Source: Clostridia bacterium (lineage in GTDB: Bacteria; Bacillota; Clostridia; UMGS1883; UMGS1540). From it: DNA of 64,000 bases. The position numbers and the translations under genes are program-made. Of the stretch, positions 19,984 to 30,211 are shown in pieces (the first letter of the stretch is position 1; every line of letters begins with the position of its first letter). The stretch is taken from contig JAZSIR010000002.1 in NCBI GenBank assembly GCA_045533905.1, forward strand, positions 1-64,000, written 5' to 3'. The notes beneath the pieces were generated by a model. It searched no databases, was not told where the DNA came from, and worked only from the letters and a program-made list of their open reading frames with translations.

Positions 19984-22008
19984 TTAAGGCAGAAGCACAT
20001 TCGTCCTCGGAAGCGCTTCGCTCTCCTCCGCCTTTGCGCTGAAATATGTTTCCAGCACATCGCGGACGGCGCGGGCGGCATTCGCCCCGTGCACGCCTTC
20101 TTCAATGACGGCGCACACCGCAACTGTAGGATTATCGTACGGGGCAAAGCCGACGAAAATCGCGTTATCGGCTCTTCCTGCAACCTCGGCCGTACCTGTC
20201 TTGCCGCCAACGGGCACCCCGAAGTCTTCAAAGACGGTGCTCGCCGTGCCCAGTTCTACAACATCGCGCATCCCTTCGAGGATTGCGCGGAGATTTTCGG
20301 GCGCAATATCAATTCTGGACAAAACGGTGGGCTTTGCTTCCTGCACAAGTGTCCCCGTTTCCGAATCGCGTACAGCTTTTACGATATGTGTTTTATACCG
20401 CGTGCCGCCGTTTACAATCGTGGCCAGGTAATTTGCAAGCTGCAAGGGCGTAAAAAGGTTTTTCGACTGGCCGATGGAATACTGGAGCGTGTCACCCGGC
20501 ACCCATTTCTGCCCGTCACGTTCGCTCTGCGCAGGGCTTGCAAGCTTGCCTTTGTTTTCTTCCTCCGTAAGCTCAATGCCCGTAGCCTCGCCAAGCCCTA
20601 AAAGCTGTGCATACGTGCTCATTTTTTCAATCGTGGTGCGCCGCCCGATATCATAGAAGAAATAGTTGCACGAGTGCTTCAAGGCCTCCGAGACATTGAC
20701 CGGGCCGTGTGTAAGCCCCGTGCCTCTGTAAATCCAGCAGGCGGGTTGATAGTCATCAAAATATTTATAAATGCCGAGGTCCTCGATGGTGTCGGTGGGC
20801 GTTATGATGCCCTCCTCAAGCGCCGCCAGCGCCGTTGCCATTTTGAAGGTGGAGCCCGGCTCATACGCGCCGCCGATGGCGCGGTTGAACATTGGGAGAT
20901 TCGGGTCGGTGCTTAAAGATTCGTACTCCTCATAAAAGCGTGCAGGGTCATAGGTCGGGCAGGAGGCAAGCGCCAAAATTTCGCCGGTATTCACATCCAC
21001 GGCCGCGAGTGCGCCGCAAGCGGCGTTTGCGCCGTCCCCTTCTTCATTTATGCTTTCCGCCCGCACATAGGCAATGGCATCCATAAGCGCCTTCTCTGCG
21101 CTTTTCTGCAGTTCCAGATCCAGCGTCAAAACGACATTGTCGCCCATTTTGGGGGCAACCTCCGTTTCCGTGCGGATGGTCTGTCCGTCCACGCTTTTTT
21201 CCACGCGGTTGAGACCATCCTGCCCGCGGAGGAAATCTTCGAGATATCTTTCAACACCCTGCTTGCCGATGATGGCATTCATCGAGTAGTTCTTCTCTCG
21301 AAGGGCTTCATATTCCTCTTTGTAGATGCGCCCCGTCTGCCCGAGAATGTGGGCTGCGGTGCTTCCGTTTGCAAATCGCCGCACGGGCGAGGTTTCAATG
21401 ACAAGCCCCGGAAACTCCAGCTTTTGTTCGAGGAAGCGTGTCATCAGTGTATGCGAAATACCTTCCGCGATGGTGTAAGAGGTTTCGCCGGAAAAGCCGG
21501 TTCTCTCCATTTCATAGCGCTGGCCGATAAGGTCGCGCCGTTCTCCTTCCGAAAGTTCCTGCGGAATTTTATAGCGCTTTGCAAAATGGGCAAGCACCAC
21601 GCTTCTGTCCGCTTCCTTCGGAATCTTATACTGCTCCTTCCAGCTCGCAAGTGCCTCGCCGCTTATGCTGAAGCTGTGTGCCTGCACGGGGAAGCTGTCA
21701 GAAACGGTAGCGCCGTCTGCCTCGCAAAGCTTCAGAATACGGAGAATCAGCGTATTCAGTTCTTCTTCGGGCATACTCTCGGTTTTATAAAGGCGTACAG
21801 CAAAAACCGTTTCACTCGTAACAAGTGCGCGGCCGTTTCTGTCGAGAATTTCGCCACGCGGTGCCTTTACGGCACTCGTTTTGACAAGGCGGAGTCTGCT
21901 TTCTTCCAGATACGCCTCGCCATTTACGACCTGCAAATCCACAAGCCTTGCAAAGACCAGAAAGGCAAATGCAAAAATCAGAAAATAAATAAAACGATAC
22001 CGCTTCAC
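19984..22008 (-). CDS. mrdA: penicillin-binding protein 2 (class B)
   Basis: APRGEILDRNG, EPGSTFK, SCN, GKTGTA; GTG start overlapping the mreD stop (GTGA). Confidence 0.92.
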   Translation of the reverse strand: MKRYRFIYFLIFAFAFLVFARLVDLQVVNGEAYLEESRLRLVKTSAVKAPRGEILDRNGRALVTSETVFAVRLYKTESMPEEELNTLILRILKLCEADGATVSDSFPVQAHSFSISGEALASWKEQYKIPKEADRSVVLAHFAKRYKIPQELSEGERRDLIGQRYEMERTGFSGETSYTIAEGISHTLMTRFLEQKLEFPGLVIETSPVRRFANGSTAAHILGQTGRIYKEEYEALREKNYSMNAIIGKQGVERYLEDFLRGQDGLNRVEKSVDGQTIRTETEVAPKMGDNVVLTLDLELQKSAEKALMDAIAYVRAESINEEGDGANAACGALAAVDVNTGEILALASCPTYDPARFYEEYESLSTDPNLPMFNRAIGGAYEPGSTFKMATALAALEEGIITPTDTIEDLGIYKYFDDYQPACWIYRGTGLTHGPVNVSEALKHSCNYFFYDIGRRTTIEKMSTYAQLLGLGEATGIELTEEENKGKLASPAQSERDGQKWVPGDTLQYSIGQSKNLFTPLQLANYLATIVNGGTRYKTHIVKAVRDSETGTLVQEAKPTVLSRIDIAPENLRAILEGMRDVVELGTASTVFEDFGVPVGGKTGTAEVAGRADNAIFVGFAPYDNPTVAVCAVIEEGVHGANAARAVRDVLETYFSAKAEESEALPRTNVLLP

Positions 22009-22505
22009 AGCCGCACCCCCCTCTCCTTCTTCGGACGGCTGAGTTTTACAATCGGATGGTAGAAAAGAAGCTGGCACACCGCCGTATAGACAGCCGTGGG
22101 AATCATACTGCGAAACAGGGCATACATAAAGTTCCCTTCGCCCCAGATGGTAAATGTAAAGAAGCAAAGAAGTGCTTCACACAAAAGCGAGGCCACGAGC
22201 GTAATGCCTGCAGTAATAAGCGGCGTGTTTTTATAGATGAGCTCTAAAAATGCGCACGCCAGAATGGCCGTAAACATATAAATCAGTGCATAGAAACCGA
22301 AGGTGCGACCCCAGAAAAGGTCCCAAAGTGCACCTGCAAAAAGCCCGTATACCCCTGCCTCCGCCATTTCGCCGGCCACAGCCATAGCGATAACGGTTAC
22401 GAGAAGAAGGCTCGGGGATATATTCCATATTCCGATGTATGTGCCAAGCGTACTGTCAAGAATAAATGCCAGAATGAGTACGAGCACCTTACGGACATGT
22501 CGCAT
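22005..22505 (-). CDS. mreD: rod shape-determining protein MreD
   Basis: Hydrophobic 166 aa, GLFAGALWDL..FGFYAL; between mreC and pbp2. Confidence 0.88.
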   Translation of the reverse strand: MRHVRKVLVLILAFILDSTLGTYIGIWNISPSLLLVTVIAMAVAGEMAEAGVYGLFAGALWDLFWGRTFGFYALIYMFTAILACAFLELIYKNTPLITAGITLVASLLCEALLCFFTFTIWGEGNFMYALFRSMIPTAVYTAVCQLLFYHPIVKLSRPKKERGVRL

Positions 22506-22515
22506 ACTCTGCCTC

Positions 22516-23340
22516 CTACTTCCGAATGACCAACACTTCCGATACGCGGCTGAAATCTACAGCCGGTTCAATGGTAGCTTCATAGTAAAGCCCCTGCGGA
22601 TCCACAGAAAGACTTTTTATTTTGCCGATTAAAATTCCTTCGGGATAAATGCCGCCGAGTCCCGAGGTTTCCACAAAGTCACCCTCCGCGACCTCGGCAT
22701 CGCGGGAGAGGTATGCAAGGTGGCACACGCCCTCTTCCATAAGCTGTACGCTTCCCTCCACCACAGCTAGATCCCCGGTTCTTTCCACAATGCAGCCTGC
22801 CGCACTTTTGGAATCAATAACGGAAATGACACTGCTCCAGGTGCTGCCCACCTCATAGATATAGCCTACAAGGCCTTTATCGGTAATAACAACATCGTTT
22901 TTTGAAAGCCCGTCCCGGGTGCCCTTATCGATTTTGAAGGCACTGTACCACGCGCCCGGATCCTTTGCCACAACGCGCGCACCCACGGTTTCCCATTCAC
23001 CGGCGGACTCCTTCAGCGATAAAAGCCCGCGAAGGCGCTCGTTTTCGTTCCGGAGGGCATAAAGCTCCCGCGTTTCCTCGGAAAGGCGCTGCACCTCCTC
23101 CAAAAGCCGCGCGTTTTCCTCCCGGTACTGCGAATTGGATCGGAAGCGGCTGAAGAAATTACTCGTAGCGGAGCCTATGCTTCTGAATACTTTCTGCACA
23201 GGCGTTACCACAACACCTACCACATCGCCCGCAAAGCCTGCCTTTTCGCCCTGTGCGGTGCTTACGGCCATCAGGATCAAAATCACCGCCGTAACGATGG
23301 CTAAAACAACAAAAAATTTACTTCTGAAAAAATCGGACAT
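22516..23340 (-). CDS. mreC: rod shape-determining protein MreC
   Basis: TM + coiled coil, ENERLRGLL, IDKG..DG, TSGLGGIYPEGILIG. Confidence 0.95.
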   Translation of the reverse strand: MSDFFRSKFFVVLAIVTAVILILMAVSTAQGEKAGFAGDVVGVVVTPVQKVFRSIGSATSNFFSRFRSNSQYREENARLLEEVQRLSEETRELYALRNENERLRGLLSLKESAGEWETVGARVVAKDPGAWYSAFKIDKGTRDGLSKNDVVITDKGLVGYIYEVGSTWSSVISVIDSKSAAGCIVERTGDLAVVEGSVQLMEEGVCHLAYLSRDAEVAEGDFVETSGLGGIYPEGILIGKIKSLSVDPQGLYYEATIEPAVDFSRVSEVLVIRK

Positions 23341-23345
23341 CTCGT

Positions 23346-23924
23346 CTATCTCCTGTTCATCCGTTCAATAAGCCGCTTCGCGGCGGCAAGGGGCAGGCCA
23401 ACCACGTTTTGAAAATCCCCTTCGGTTTTTTCCACAAGGGCACCGCCTTTGCCCTGAATACCGTATGCACCCGCCTTGTCAAGCGGCTCACCCGTTTCTA
23501 CATATTCTGCAATTTCCGCCCCGGAAAGTGTGCGGAAAGTAACAAGCGTTTCCTCGCAGTGCGTAATCAGTTCACCACTTTCGCCGGAAAGAACGGCTAT
23601 CCCCGTATATACGGAATGGGTTCTGCCGGAAAGCATAGAAAGCATACGGATCGCATCTTTCGCATCCTGCGGTTTTCCGAGCACTTTCCCGTCGAGAACC
23701 ACGACCGTGTCGGCGCCGAGCACAAGCCCACGCTCGCCCTTTGCGGCGGCTGCCGCTTTGCTCGCGGCGAGAAGCTGCACCATAAGGCGCGGCGCAATCC
23801 CTTCAAAAACCGATTCATCTATATCTGCCGGCCGCACCGTATGCCGTATGCCTGCCGCCTCTAAAATCTCTCGGCGGCGGGGCGAAGCCGATGCCAGAAC
23901 CAGCGTGGTATCCATTTCGTGCAA
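23346..23924 (-). CDS. maf: Maf nucleotide pyrophosphatase
   Basis: LVLASASPRRREIL, GADTVV, GKP, DKAGAYGIQG, NVVGLP. Confidence 0.96.
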   Translation of the reverse strand: MHEMDTTLVLASASPRRREILEAAGIRHTVRPADIDESVFEGIAPRLMVQLLAASKAAAAAKGERGLVLGADTVVVLDGKVLGKPQDAKDAIRMLSMLSGRTHSVYTGIAVLSGESGELITHCEETLVTFRTLSGAEIAEYVETGEPLDKAGAYGIQGKGGALVEKTEGDFQNVVGLPLAAAKRLIERMNRR

Positions 23925-24109
23925 ACCTATCCCTCTTTCCTATGGGGAAAATTTCCAAAATCTCTACTTATTATACTATAAATTCTCACGAAAAGCAAAA
24001 GATATTTTCAAAAATTAAATACTTTCTTGAAGAGGCAGATAAAAAATCCCGAAAAAACGGCGTTTTTTATACATCTGCGGCATAAGTTTGAAAAAAATCA
24101 AAAAAATGC

Positions 24110-24138
24110 TTTACAAAGTGGGATTTCTGTGGTATACT
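24110..24138 (+). promoter_or_regulatory. sigmaA promoter of tRNA-Gly
   Basis: TTTACA-N17-TATACT with TG extension. Confidence 0.7.
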
Positions 24139-24151
24139 ACCACTTGTACAT

Positions 24152-24227
24152 GCGAATGTAGCTCATCTGGTAGAGCGCCACCTTGCCAAGGTGGAGGTAG
24201 CGAGTTCGAGCCTCGTCATTCGCTCCA
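24152..24227 (+). tRNA. tRNA-Gly(GCC)
   Basis: 76-nt cloverleaf GCGAATG..CCACC TTGCCAA GGTGG..GTTCGAG..CATTCGCTCCA. Confidence 0.96.
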
Positions 24228-24297
24228 GCTATGGCGACGCATTTTCATGCGTCGTTTTTTCATTATTCGGGGAACTCTAAGGAAAGGGGCGCTCATT

Positions 24298-24810
24298 ATG
24301 AAAACAAAAATCACTACAAGAAGCTTGGTTTTTGCCGGGCTTTTAATCGCACTCGAAATTATTTTAACGCGTTTTGTGCAAATTCCTGTGCCTCTTTTTG
24401 AAACCTCGAAGGACCGCATCAGCCTCGGCTTTCTGCCGATAGCCGTTTCCGGCATGCTCTACGGTCCTTTCGGCGGCGGGCTTGTGGCCGCGCTTTCAGA
24501 TATTATCCGCGCCCTTATCTTGCCGCAGGGCGGCGCACTCAATCCGCTTTTCACGCTCACGGCTACGCTTCGGGGTGTATTATACGGGATATTTTTATAT
24601 AAGCGCCCATCCCTCGTTCGTATTTTGATCGTTTCGTTTATCATTTGTATTTTTGTAAATATTGGTCTCAATTCCGCCATCACCGCTTTTTCCTACGGCG
24701 GCACATTCCCAGCACGTGTTCTCACAAAAAGCTGGCCGGCACTTGTAAATTGCCTTTTGCAGGCACTTTTATTACCGGCCGCGCTCCCGCGGATTGAAAG
24801 GAGCCTTTAA
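24298..24810 (+). CDS. ECF transporter S component, folate (FolT) family
   Basis: LLIALEIILTRF, RISLGFLPI..GMLYGP..G..SDII, P.FTL.A..G..YG. Confidence 0.8.
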   Translation: MKTKITTRSLVFAGLLIALEIILTRFVQIPVPLFETSKDRISLGFLPIAVSGMLYGPFGGGLVAALSDIIRALILPQGGALNPLFTLTATLRGVLYGIFLYKRPSLVRILIVSFIICIFVNIGLNSAITAFSYGGTFPARVLTKSWPALVNCLLQALLLPAALPRIERSL

Positions 24811-24814
24811 AGCT

Positions 24815-26071
24815 ATGTACGAAAACCAAAAAGAAATTGACCGCGCCATTTTAGTGGGCGCACATCGCGACCTTCGCGATGCACTTTCCGACACTACGGA
24901 AGAATCTATGCACGAGCTTTCTGAGCTTGCCGAAACGGCAGGCGCAGCGGTCCTCGGCGAAATTGTGCAAAACCGCGACGCGGTTGACAAAGCCACCTAC
25001 ATCGGTGAAGGGAAGCTTTTGGAAGTGCGCGAAATGGCAGAAAATCTCGAGGCCAATCTTCTGATTTTTGACGATGAGCTTTCCGGCTCCCAGCTTCGAA
25101 ACATTGAAAACATCACGGGGTGCCACGTTATCGACCGAAGCGCCCTCATTCTTGATATTTTTGCAGGCCGTGCGCTTTCGGGCGAAGGCAAACTGCAGGT
25201 AGAGCTTGCACAGCTTAAGTACAGCCTGCCGCGGCTTACGGGCGGCTATGCCTCGCTTTCAAGACAGGGCGGCGGCATCGGCACGCGCGGCCCCGGCGAA
25301 ACGAAGCTTGAATCGGACCGCCGTCACATTCGAAGCCGCATCGGCGCACTCGAAAAAGAAATCGAAGAGCTTTCGCGCCACCGCGAATTGCTTCGCGCAA
25401 GAAGGCGCAAAAACGAAGTGCCCACAGCGGCACTTGTCGGTTACACGAATGCCGGCAAATCCTCTCTTTTAAATGCACTCACAGATGCCGGTGTTTTAGC
25501 GGAAAATATGCTTTTTGCAACGCTTGACCCCACGGTGCGCGCACTCGTGATGGAAGACGGACGCGAGTCGCTTCTCATTGACACGGTAGGGTTTATCCGC
25601 AAGCTTCCGCATCATCTCATCGAAGCCTTTAAATCGACGCTGGAGGAAGCCGTTACGGCAGATGTTCTCCTCCACGTCATTGACGCTTCCAACCCCGAAA
25701 TGGAAAACCAGATTTCTGTTGTGGAATCGCTTCTTCTTTCGCTCGGCTGTGAGGACAAGCCGATTATTTCCGTATATAACAAGTGCGACATTGCCGGCTT
25801 TACGCCGCGGCCGTCTCATCCCCAGAAATCCGTATATATTTCCGCCAAAACCGGAGAGGGTCTTCCCGAGCTTTTAAAGATACTCGATGACCTTTTGCCC
25901 GGCAAACGCCGCCGTATGGACCTTTTAATTCCGTATACGGACGGCGGCGCCCTCCATATTCTCAGAACGGACGGCGAGCTTTTATCGGAAGAATACACGC
26001 CCGACGGCATTGCCGTTTCCTGCATGGCAGATGCGGCCCTGTATTCGGCGTTTCAAAAATATCTGCGGTAG
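24815..26071 (+). CDS. hflX: ribosome-splitting GTPase HflX
   Basis: ILDIFA, EGKLQVELAQL.Y.LPRL, GTRGPGETKLESDRR, GYTNAGKSSL, LFATLDPT. Confidence 0.97.
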   Translation: MYENQKEIDRAILVGAHRDLRDALSDTTEESMHELSELAETAGAAVLGEIVQNRDAVDKATYIGEGKLLEVREMAENLEANLLIFDDELSGSQLRNIENITGCHVIDRSALILDIFAGRALSGEGKLQVELAQLKYSLPRLTGGYASLSRQGGGIGTRGPGETKLESDRRHIRSRIGALEKEIEELSRHRELLRARRRKNEVPTAALVGYTNAGKSSLLNALTDAGVLAENMLFATLDPTVRALVMEDGRESLLIDTVGFIRKLPHHLIEAFKSTLEEAVTADVLLHVIDASNPEMENQISVVESLLLSLGCEDKPIISVYNKCDIAGFTPRPSHPQKSVYISAKTGEGLPELLKILDDLLPGKRRRMDLLIPYTDGGALHILRTDGELLSEEYTPDGIAVSCMADAALYSAFQKYLR

Positions 26072-26080
26072 GAGGCTTCT

Positions 26081-26728
26081 ATGCAGAACTACAAAACTGT
26101 GGCAGAGGAAGCCACTTCGGAATTTACAGAAAAACGCTCGCGTTTTATCGCACAGGTAGCACCCGTTAAAAACGAAGACGAGGCGCTTGCCTTTTTAGCC
26201 TCCGTGCGCGCAAAGCACCGTGAGGCACGGCACAACGTGTATGCCTACATCTGCCGCGAAAATAATATCAGCCGCTATAGTGATGACGGCGAACCCTCGG
26301 GAACTGCAGGGCTTCCCGTTTTAAACGTGCTCACGCGGCAGGGACTTACCGACGTGTGCGTGGTGGTTACGCGCTATTTCGGCGGCATTCTGCTCGGTGC
26401 CGGCGGTCTTGCCCGTGCCTACGGCAAAAGCGCGGCGGACGGGGTACTCTCGGCCGGCCTTTGCGAGATGGTCTATTCCACCCGTTTCACCATTACAGTG
26501 GAGTACCCGCAACTTGCCAAAATTCAGCACGTACTTCGCGAGAAAAACTTTCAGATTTTAGATACGGAATTTTTTGAAAAACCTGTGATTACCGCTTGCA
26601 CGGAAGAAGGGCGCGCGGAGGAGCTTCGTGCACTTTTAACCGATACGGCAAACGGCAAAATCGAAATTGCGGAAGGCGAGAGCGAATACTGTGCCCGCCC
26701 TCTTTCCAAAGGAGATATAGAAATATGA
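26081..26728 (+). CDS. YigZ/IMPACT family protein
   Basis: EKRSRFI, ARHNVYAY, SDDGEPSGTAG, VTRYFGGILLGAGGL. Confidence 0.95.
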   Translation: MQNYKTVAEEATSEFTEKRSRFIAQVAPVKNEDEALAFLASVRAKHREARHNVYAYICRENNISRYSDDGEPSGTAGLPVLNVLTRQGLTDVCVVVTRYFGGILLGAGGLARAYGKSAADGVLSAGLCEMVYSTRFTITVEYPQLAKIQHVLREKNFQILDTEFFEKPVITACTEEGRAEELRALLTDTANGKIEIAEGESEYCARPLSKGDIEI

Positions 26729-27219
26729 ACCCGATTCGCGTCTGTTTTACGGGGCACAGAATCATCCCGAAAAAAGATATGGCGCCTCTTCTCGCGGCTA
26801 TACGCGAAACAGTTCGCGGCCTATTGGAGGGCGGCGCCGAAGAATTTCTTACCGGCGGCGCGCTTGGGTTTGACACGCTCGTAGCCGAAGAAGTGCTCCG
26901 CCAAAAGCGCGACTTTCCGGATGCCAAACTTGTGCTCGTGCTCCCCTGCCGTGACCAGGCGGCCCGCTGGACACCGCGGCAAAAAGAAACGTATGCCGCC
27001 ATTTTAGAAAAGGCGGACCGCGTGGAATGTCTTTTTGAAAACTACGTACCCGGCTGTATGCATATGCGAAACCGCTATATGGTGGACCACGCCGATGTAT
27101 GTGCGGCGTACCTCCAAAACGAAAAAAGCGGTACGGCGTACACGGTGCACTATGCCCGCGAAAAAGGCGTTCGCATTTTATTTATTCCTAAAAAGGAGGA
27201 AACTCTATGGGAAATTTAG
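26725..27219 (+). CDS. SLOG-family protein (DUF1273/YspA-like)
   Basis: CFTGHR, GGALGFD, RNRYMVD, SGTAYT motifs. Confidence 0.85.
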   Translation: MNPIRVCFTGHRIIPKKDMAPLLAAIRETVRGLLEGGAEEFLTGGALGFDTLVAEEVLRQKRDFPDAKLVLVLPCRDQAARWTPRQKETYAAILEKADRVECLFENYVPGCMHMRNRYMVDHADVCAAYLQNEKSGTAYTVHYAREKGVRILFIPKKEETLWEI

Positions 27220-28061
27220 CAGACCCGCGTTATATCCGCGCGCTTTGTGAAAAATATAATTTCCGTCTCAAAAAAGCACTCGGGCAAAATTTCTTGCATG
27301 ACCGCTCGGTGCTCGATGCGATTGTGGAGGCGGCCGTACCAGACGGCGGCGGTGCGCTTGAAATCGGCCCCGGCTTTGGCGTTTTGACCGAGGCGCTTTC
27401 TGAGAAAGCCGAAAAGGTCGTAGCGATTGAAATTGACACGCAGCTTCTGCCTGTTCTTTCGGAAACGCTGGCAGCGTGCCCCAACACGCACATTGTTTCA
27501 GGAGACGTTTTAAAGCTTAATCTCCCTGCACTTATAGAAGAACATTTCGGGGATATGCCCGTTTCTGTGGCAGCAAATCTCCCCTACTATATTACCACCC
27601 CGATTCTTCTTGCGCTTCTTTCCCAAAACCTTCCGTTTGAGAGAATTGTGGTTATGATGCAAAAAGAGGTGGCGGACCGCATCATGGCCGCGCCCGGCGG
27701 CAAGGACTACGGCGCACTTACCGTGGCGGTACAATACCGCTGCGATGTTAGCCGCGTTTGCCGCGTGCCTGCTTCGTCCTTTGTGCCGCCCCCGAAGGTG
27801 GATTCGGAAGTGCTTTGCCTTACAAAGCGCGAAAAACCGCGAGCCACGCCGCGGGACGAAGCACACTTCTTCGCTCTTGTCAAGGCCGTTTTCGCGCAAA
27901 GACGGAAAACGCTTGTAAACGGCCTTGCAAATGCCGGCCGTTTCGGCGCAAAGGAAGAAATTTCGGCGGCCGTGGAATCTATGGGTCTTTCCCCCACCGT
28001 ACGCGGCGAAACGCTTTCGATTGAAACGCTCTCCGCCCTCTCGGATGCGCTTTTGAAATAA
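27207..28061 (+). CDS. rsmA: 16S rRNA dimethyltransferase RsmA/KsgA
   Basis: KKALGQNFL, EIGPGFG, ANLPYYITTP, MQKEVA, FVPPPKVDS. Confidence 0.97.
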   Translation: MGNLADPRYIRALCEKYNFRLKKALGQNFLHDRSVLDAIVEAAVPDGGGALEIGPGFGVLTEALSEKAEKVVAIEIDTQLLPVLSETLAACPNTHIVSGDVLKLNLPALIEEHFGDMPVSVAANLPYYITTPILLALLSQNLPFERIVVMMQKEVADRIMAAPGGKDYGALTVAVQYRCDVSRVCRVPASSFVPPPKVDSEVLCLTKREKPRATPRDEAHFFALVKAVFAQRRKTLVNGLANAGRFGAKEEISAAVESMGLSPTVRGETLSIETLSALSDALLK

Positions 28062-28155
28062 AATAAAAATTCCAAAAAAAGTATTGCAAAAGGTAGAAAT
28101 TTGTAGTATACTATAGCGTAAGAAAATTTGAACTTATGCAAAGGAGTGTTTTGAA

Positions 28156-29928
28156 ATGACAACAAACCAGAGTGTCAAAGCATGGCTCGACGATATGGTC
28201 AGCATGTGCAAACCGGACGAAATCGTTTGGATTGACGGCAGCGAAGAACAGCTCGAAGCTCTTCGTCGCGAAGCTGTAGCATCCGGCGAAATCATCAAAC
28301 TGAATGAAGAAAAGCTTCCCGGCTGCTACTACCACAGAACAGCTGAGAATGACGTTGCTCGTGTAGAGGACAGAACCTTTATCTGCGCACGTACAAAGGA
28401 AGAAGCAGGCCCGACCAACAACTGGATGGATCCCGCTGAAATGTACGCAAAGCTTCGCAACCTCTACAACGGCTCTATGAAGGGTCGCACCATGTATGTA
28501 GTTCCCTACTCCATGGGCCCCATCGGCTCCCCGTTCTCCAAGATCGGTATTGAGCTTACCGATAGCATTTATGTTGTTCTCAACATGGCTATCATGACAC
28601 GCGTAGGTGCCAAGGTTATGGAATGCCTCGGTGACAGCGCTGACTTTGTAAAGTGTCTCCACGCAAAGAAGGATGTAAATCCGGAAGAACGCTACATCGT
28701 ACAGTTCCCGCAGGATGCAACCATCTGGTCCATCCAGTCCGCTTACGGCGGCAACGTTCTCCTCGGCAAGAAGTGCTTCGCACTTCGTATCGCTTCTTAC
28801 CTCGGTAAGCAGGAAGGCTGGATGGCAGAACATATGCTCATCCTCGGTCTTGAAAACCCGAAGGGCGAAGTTAAGTACATCGCTGCAGCATTCCCGTCTG
28901 CTTGCGGTAAAACAAACCTCGCTATGCTCATTCCGCCGGAATACCTCAAGGAAAAGGGCTACAAAGTATGGACTGTTGGTGACGACATTGCATGGCTCCG
29001 CATCGGCGAAGATGGCAGACTCTATGCTATCAACCCCGAAGCAGGTTTCTTCGGTGTTGCCCCCGGCACCAGCGAAAAGACAAACTTCAACGCTCTCGCT
29101 TCTACCCGTCAGGGCACAATCTTTACAAACGTTGCTATCAACAATGAAGATATGACTGTATGGTGGGAAGGTCTCGATAAGAACCCGCCGAAGGATGCAA
29201 CCGAATGGAAGGGCTCCGTTGTAGACGGCAAGGAATTCACTGCAGCCGGCAACAAGCTTGCTCACCCGAACTCCCGCTTTACTGCACCGGCTAAGAACTG
29301 CCCCTGCATCTCTCCGGAATTTGAAAATCCCGCAGGTGTTCCGATTTCCGCAATCGTATTCGGCGGCAGACGTGCAAAGACCGCTCCGCTCGTATACCAG
29401 GCAAGAGATTGGGAACACGGTGTATTCGTAGGTGCTACTATGGCATCCGAAACCACCGCAGCTGCTGCCGGTCAGGTTGGTGTTGTTCGCCGCGACCCGA
29501 TGGCTATGAAGCCGTTCGCTGGCTACAACATGGCAGACTACTTTGCACACTGGCTTGAAATGGGCGAAAAGCTTGGCGATAAGGCTCCGTCCATCTTCCA
29601 CGTAAACTGGTTCCGTCAGGACGAAGAAGGCAACTTCATGTGGCCGGGCTTTGGCGACAACATGCGCGTTCTGAACTGGATCCTCGATCGTTGCGAAGGC
29701 AAGGCAGAGGCTACAGAAACTGCAATCGGTTACCTGCCGAAGGCCGCTGACCTTGACCTTACAGGTCTTGACATTGATGCTGCTACTCTCGAAGAACTCC
29801 TCAGCGTTGACAAGGCTGTTTGGAGCGGTGAAGTTGACGGCATCCGCGAATACTTCGCACAGTTTGGCGACAGACTGCCGAAGGCAATCGCTGACCAGCT
29901 CGCTATCCTCGAAAACAACCTCAAATAA
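28156..29928 (+). CDS. pckG: phosphoenolpyruvate carboxykinase (GTP)
   Basis: DVARVE, YGGN.LLGKKCFALR, WMAEHM, AFPSACGKTNLAM, GDDIAW, HPNSRF. Confidence 0.97.
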   Translation: MTTNQSVKAWLDDMVSMCKPDEIVWIDGSEEQLEALRREAVASGEIIKLNEEKLPGCYYHRTAENDVARVEDRTFICARTKEEAGPTNNWMDPAEMYAKLRNLYNGSMKGRTMYVVPYSMGPIGSPFSKIGIELTDSIYVVLNMAIMTRVGAKVMECLGDSADFVKCLHAKKDVNPEERYIVQFPQDATIWSIQSAYGGNVLLGKKCFALRIASYLGKQEGWMAEHMLILGLENPKGEVKYIAAAFPSACGKTNLAMLIPPEYLKEKGYKVWTVGDDIAWLRIGEDGRLYAINPEAGFFGVAPGTSEKTNFNALASTRQGTIFTNVAINNEDMTVWWEGLDKNPPKDATEWKGSVVDGKEFTAAGNKLAHPNSRFTAPAKNCPCISPEFENPAGVPISAIVFGGRRAKTAPLVYQARDWEHGVFVGATMASETTAAAAGQVGVVRRDPMAMKPFAGYNMADYFAHWLEMGEKLGDKAPSIFHVNWFRQDEEGNFMWPGFGDNMRVLNWILDRCEGKAEATETAIGYLPKAADLDLTGLDIDAATLEELLSVDKAVWSGEVDGIREYFAQFGDRLPKAIADQLAILENNLK

Positions 29929-29942
29929 GAAGTGTTTTTAAG

Positions 29943-29975
29943 AAAGGCGCTGCACAAAATGTGCGGCGCCTTTTT
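29943..29975 (+). terminator. intrinsic terminator after pckG
   Basis: AAAGGCGCTGCAC-aaaat-GTGCGGCGCCTTTTT. Confidence 0.8.
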
Positions 29976-30004
29976 AGTGTGTCGATACAGTCGACACACT
30001 AAAA

Positions 30005-30211
30005 AGACTTCGAAAAACGAAGGTATATTTTGCGAAATCGTTTTCGTCGGCGTACGTTGGTACGGCAGAGAACGATTTCGTAAAAAGCAAGAAATGAGGG
30101 AGATTCTTAAAAAATTCCGTCATTCAATTTATACTTCTTTGCGGGCGGAAAACAGTTGCACAAAGTGTTTATGAAAATATTCTTGCGGTAGAGCGCGTTT
30201 TTCGGCAGTCT
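30005..30211. repeat. ~200 bp structured intergenic repeat (MITE-like), copy 1
   Basis: Extensive colinear identity with 40766-40962; imperfect terminal inverted repeats AGACT-TCGAAAAAC / GTTTTTCGGCAGTCT. Confidence 0.85.

Noticed and set aside
24152-24260. tRNA-Gly as an integration site
   Set aside because: No integrase or duplicated tRNA 3' end in the window
24088-24297. N-terminal extension of the folT-like ORF, and a possible THF riboswitch upstream
   Set aside because: The region is tRNA-Gly plus its promoter and terminator; no THF aptamer consensus is visible; the real start is probably 24298
28111-29601. 496-aa antisense ORF over pckG (also the 336-aa ORF antisense to groEL and others over ftsX and hydF/G)
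   Set aside because: Shadow ORFs expected from codon bias of the sense gene; no recognisable motifs or RBS
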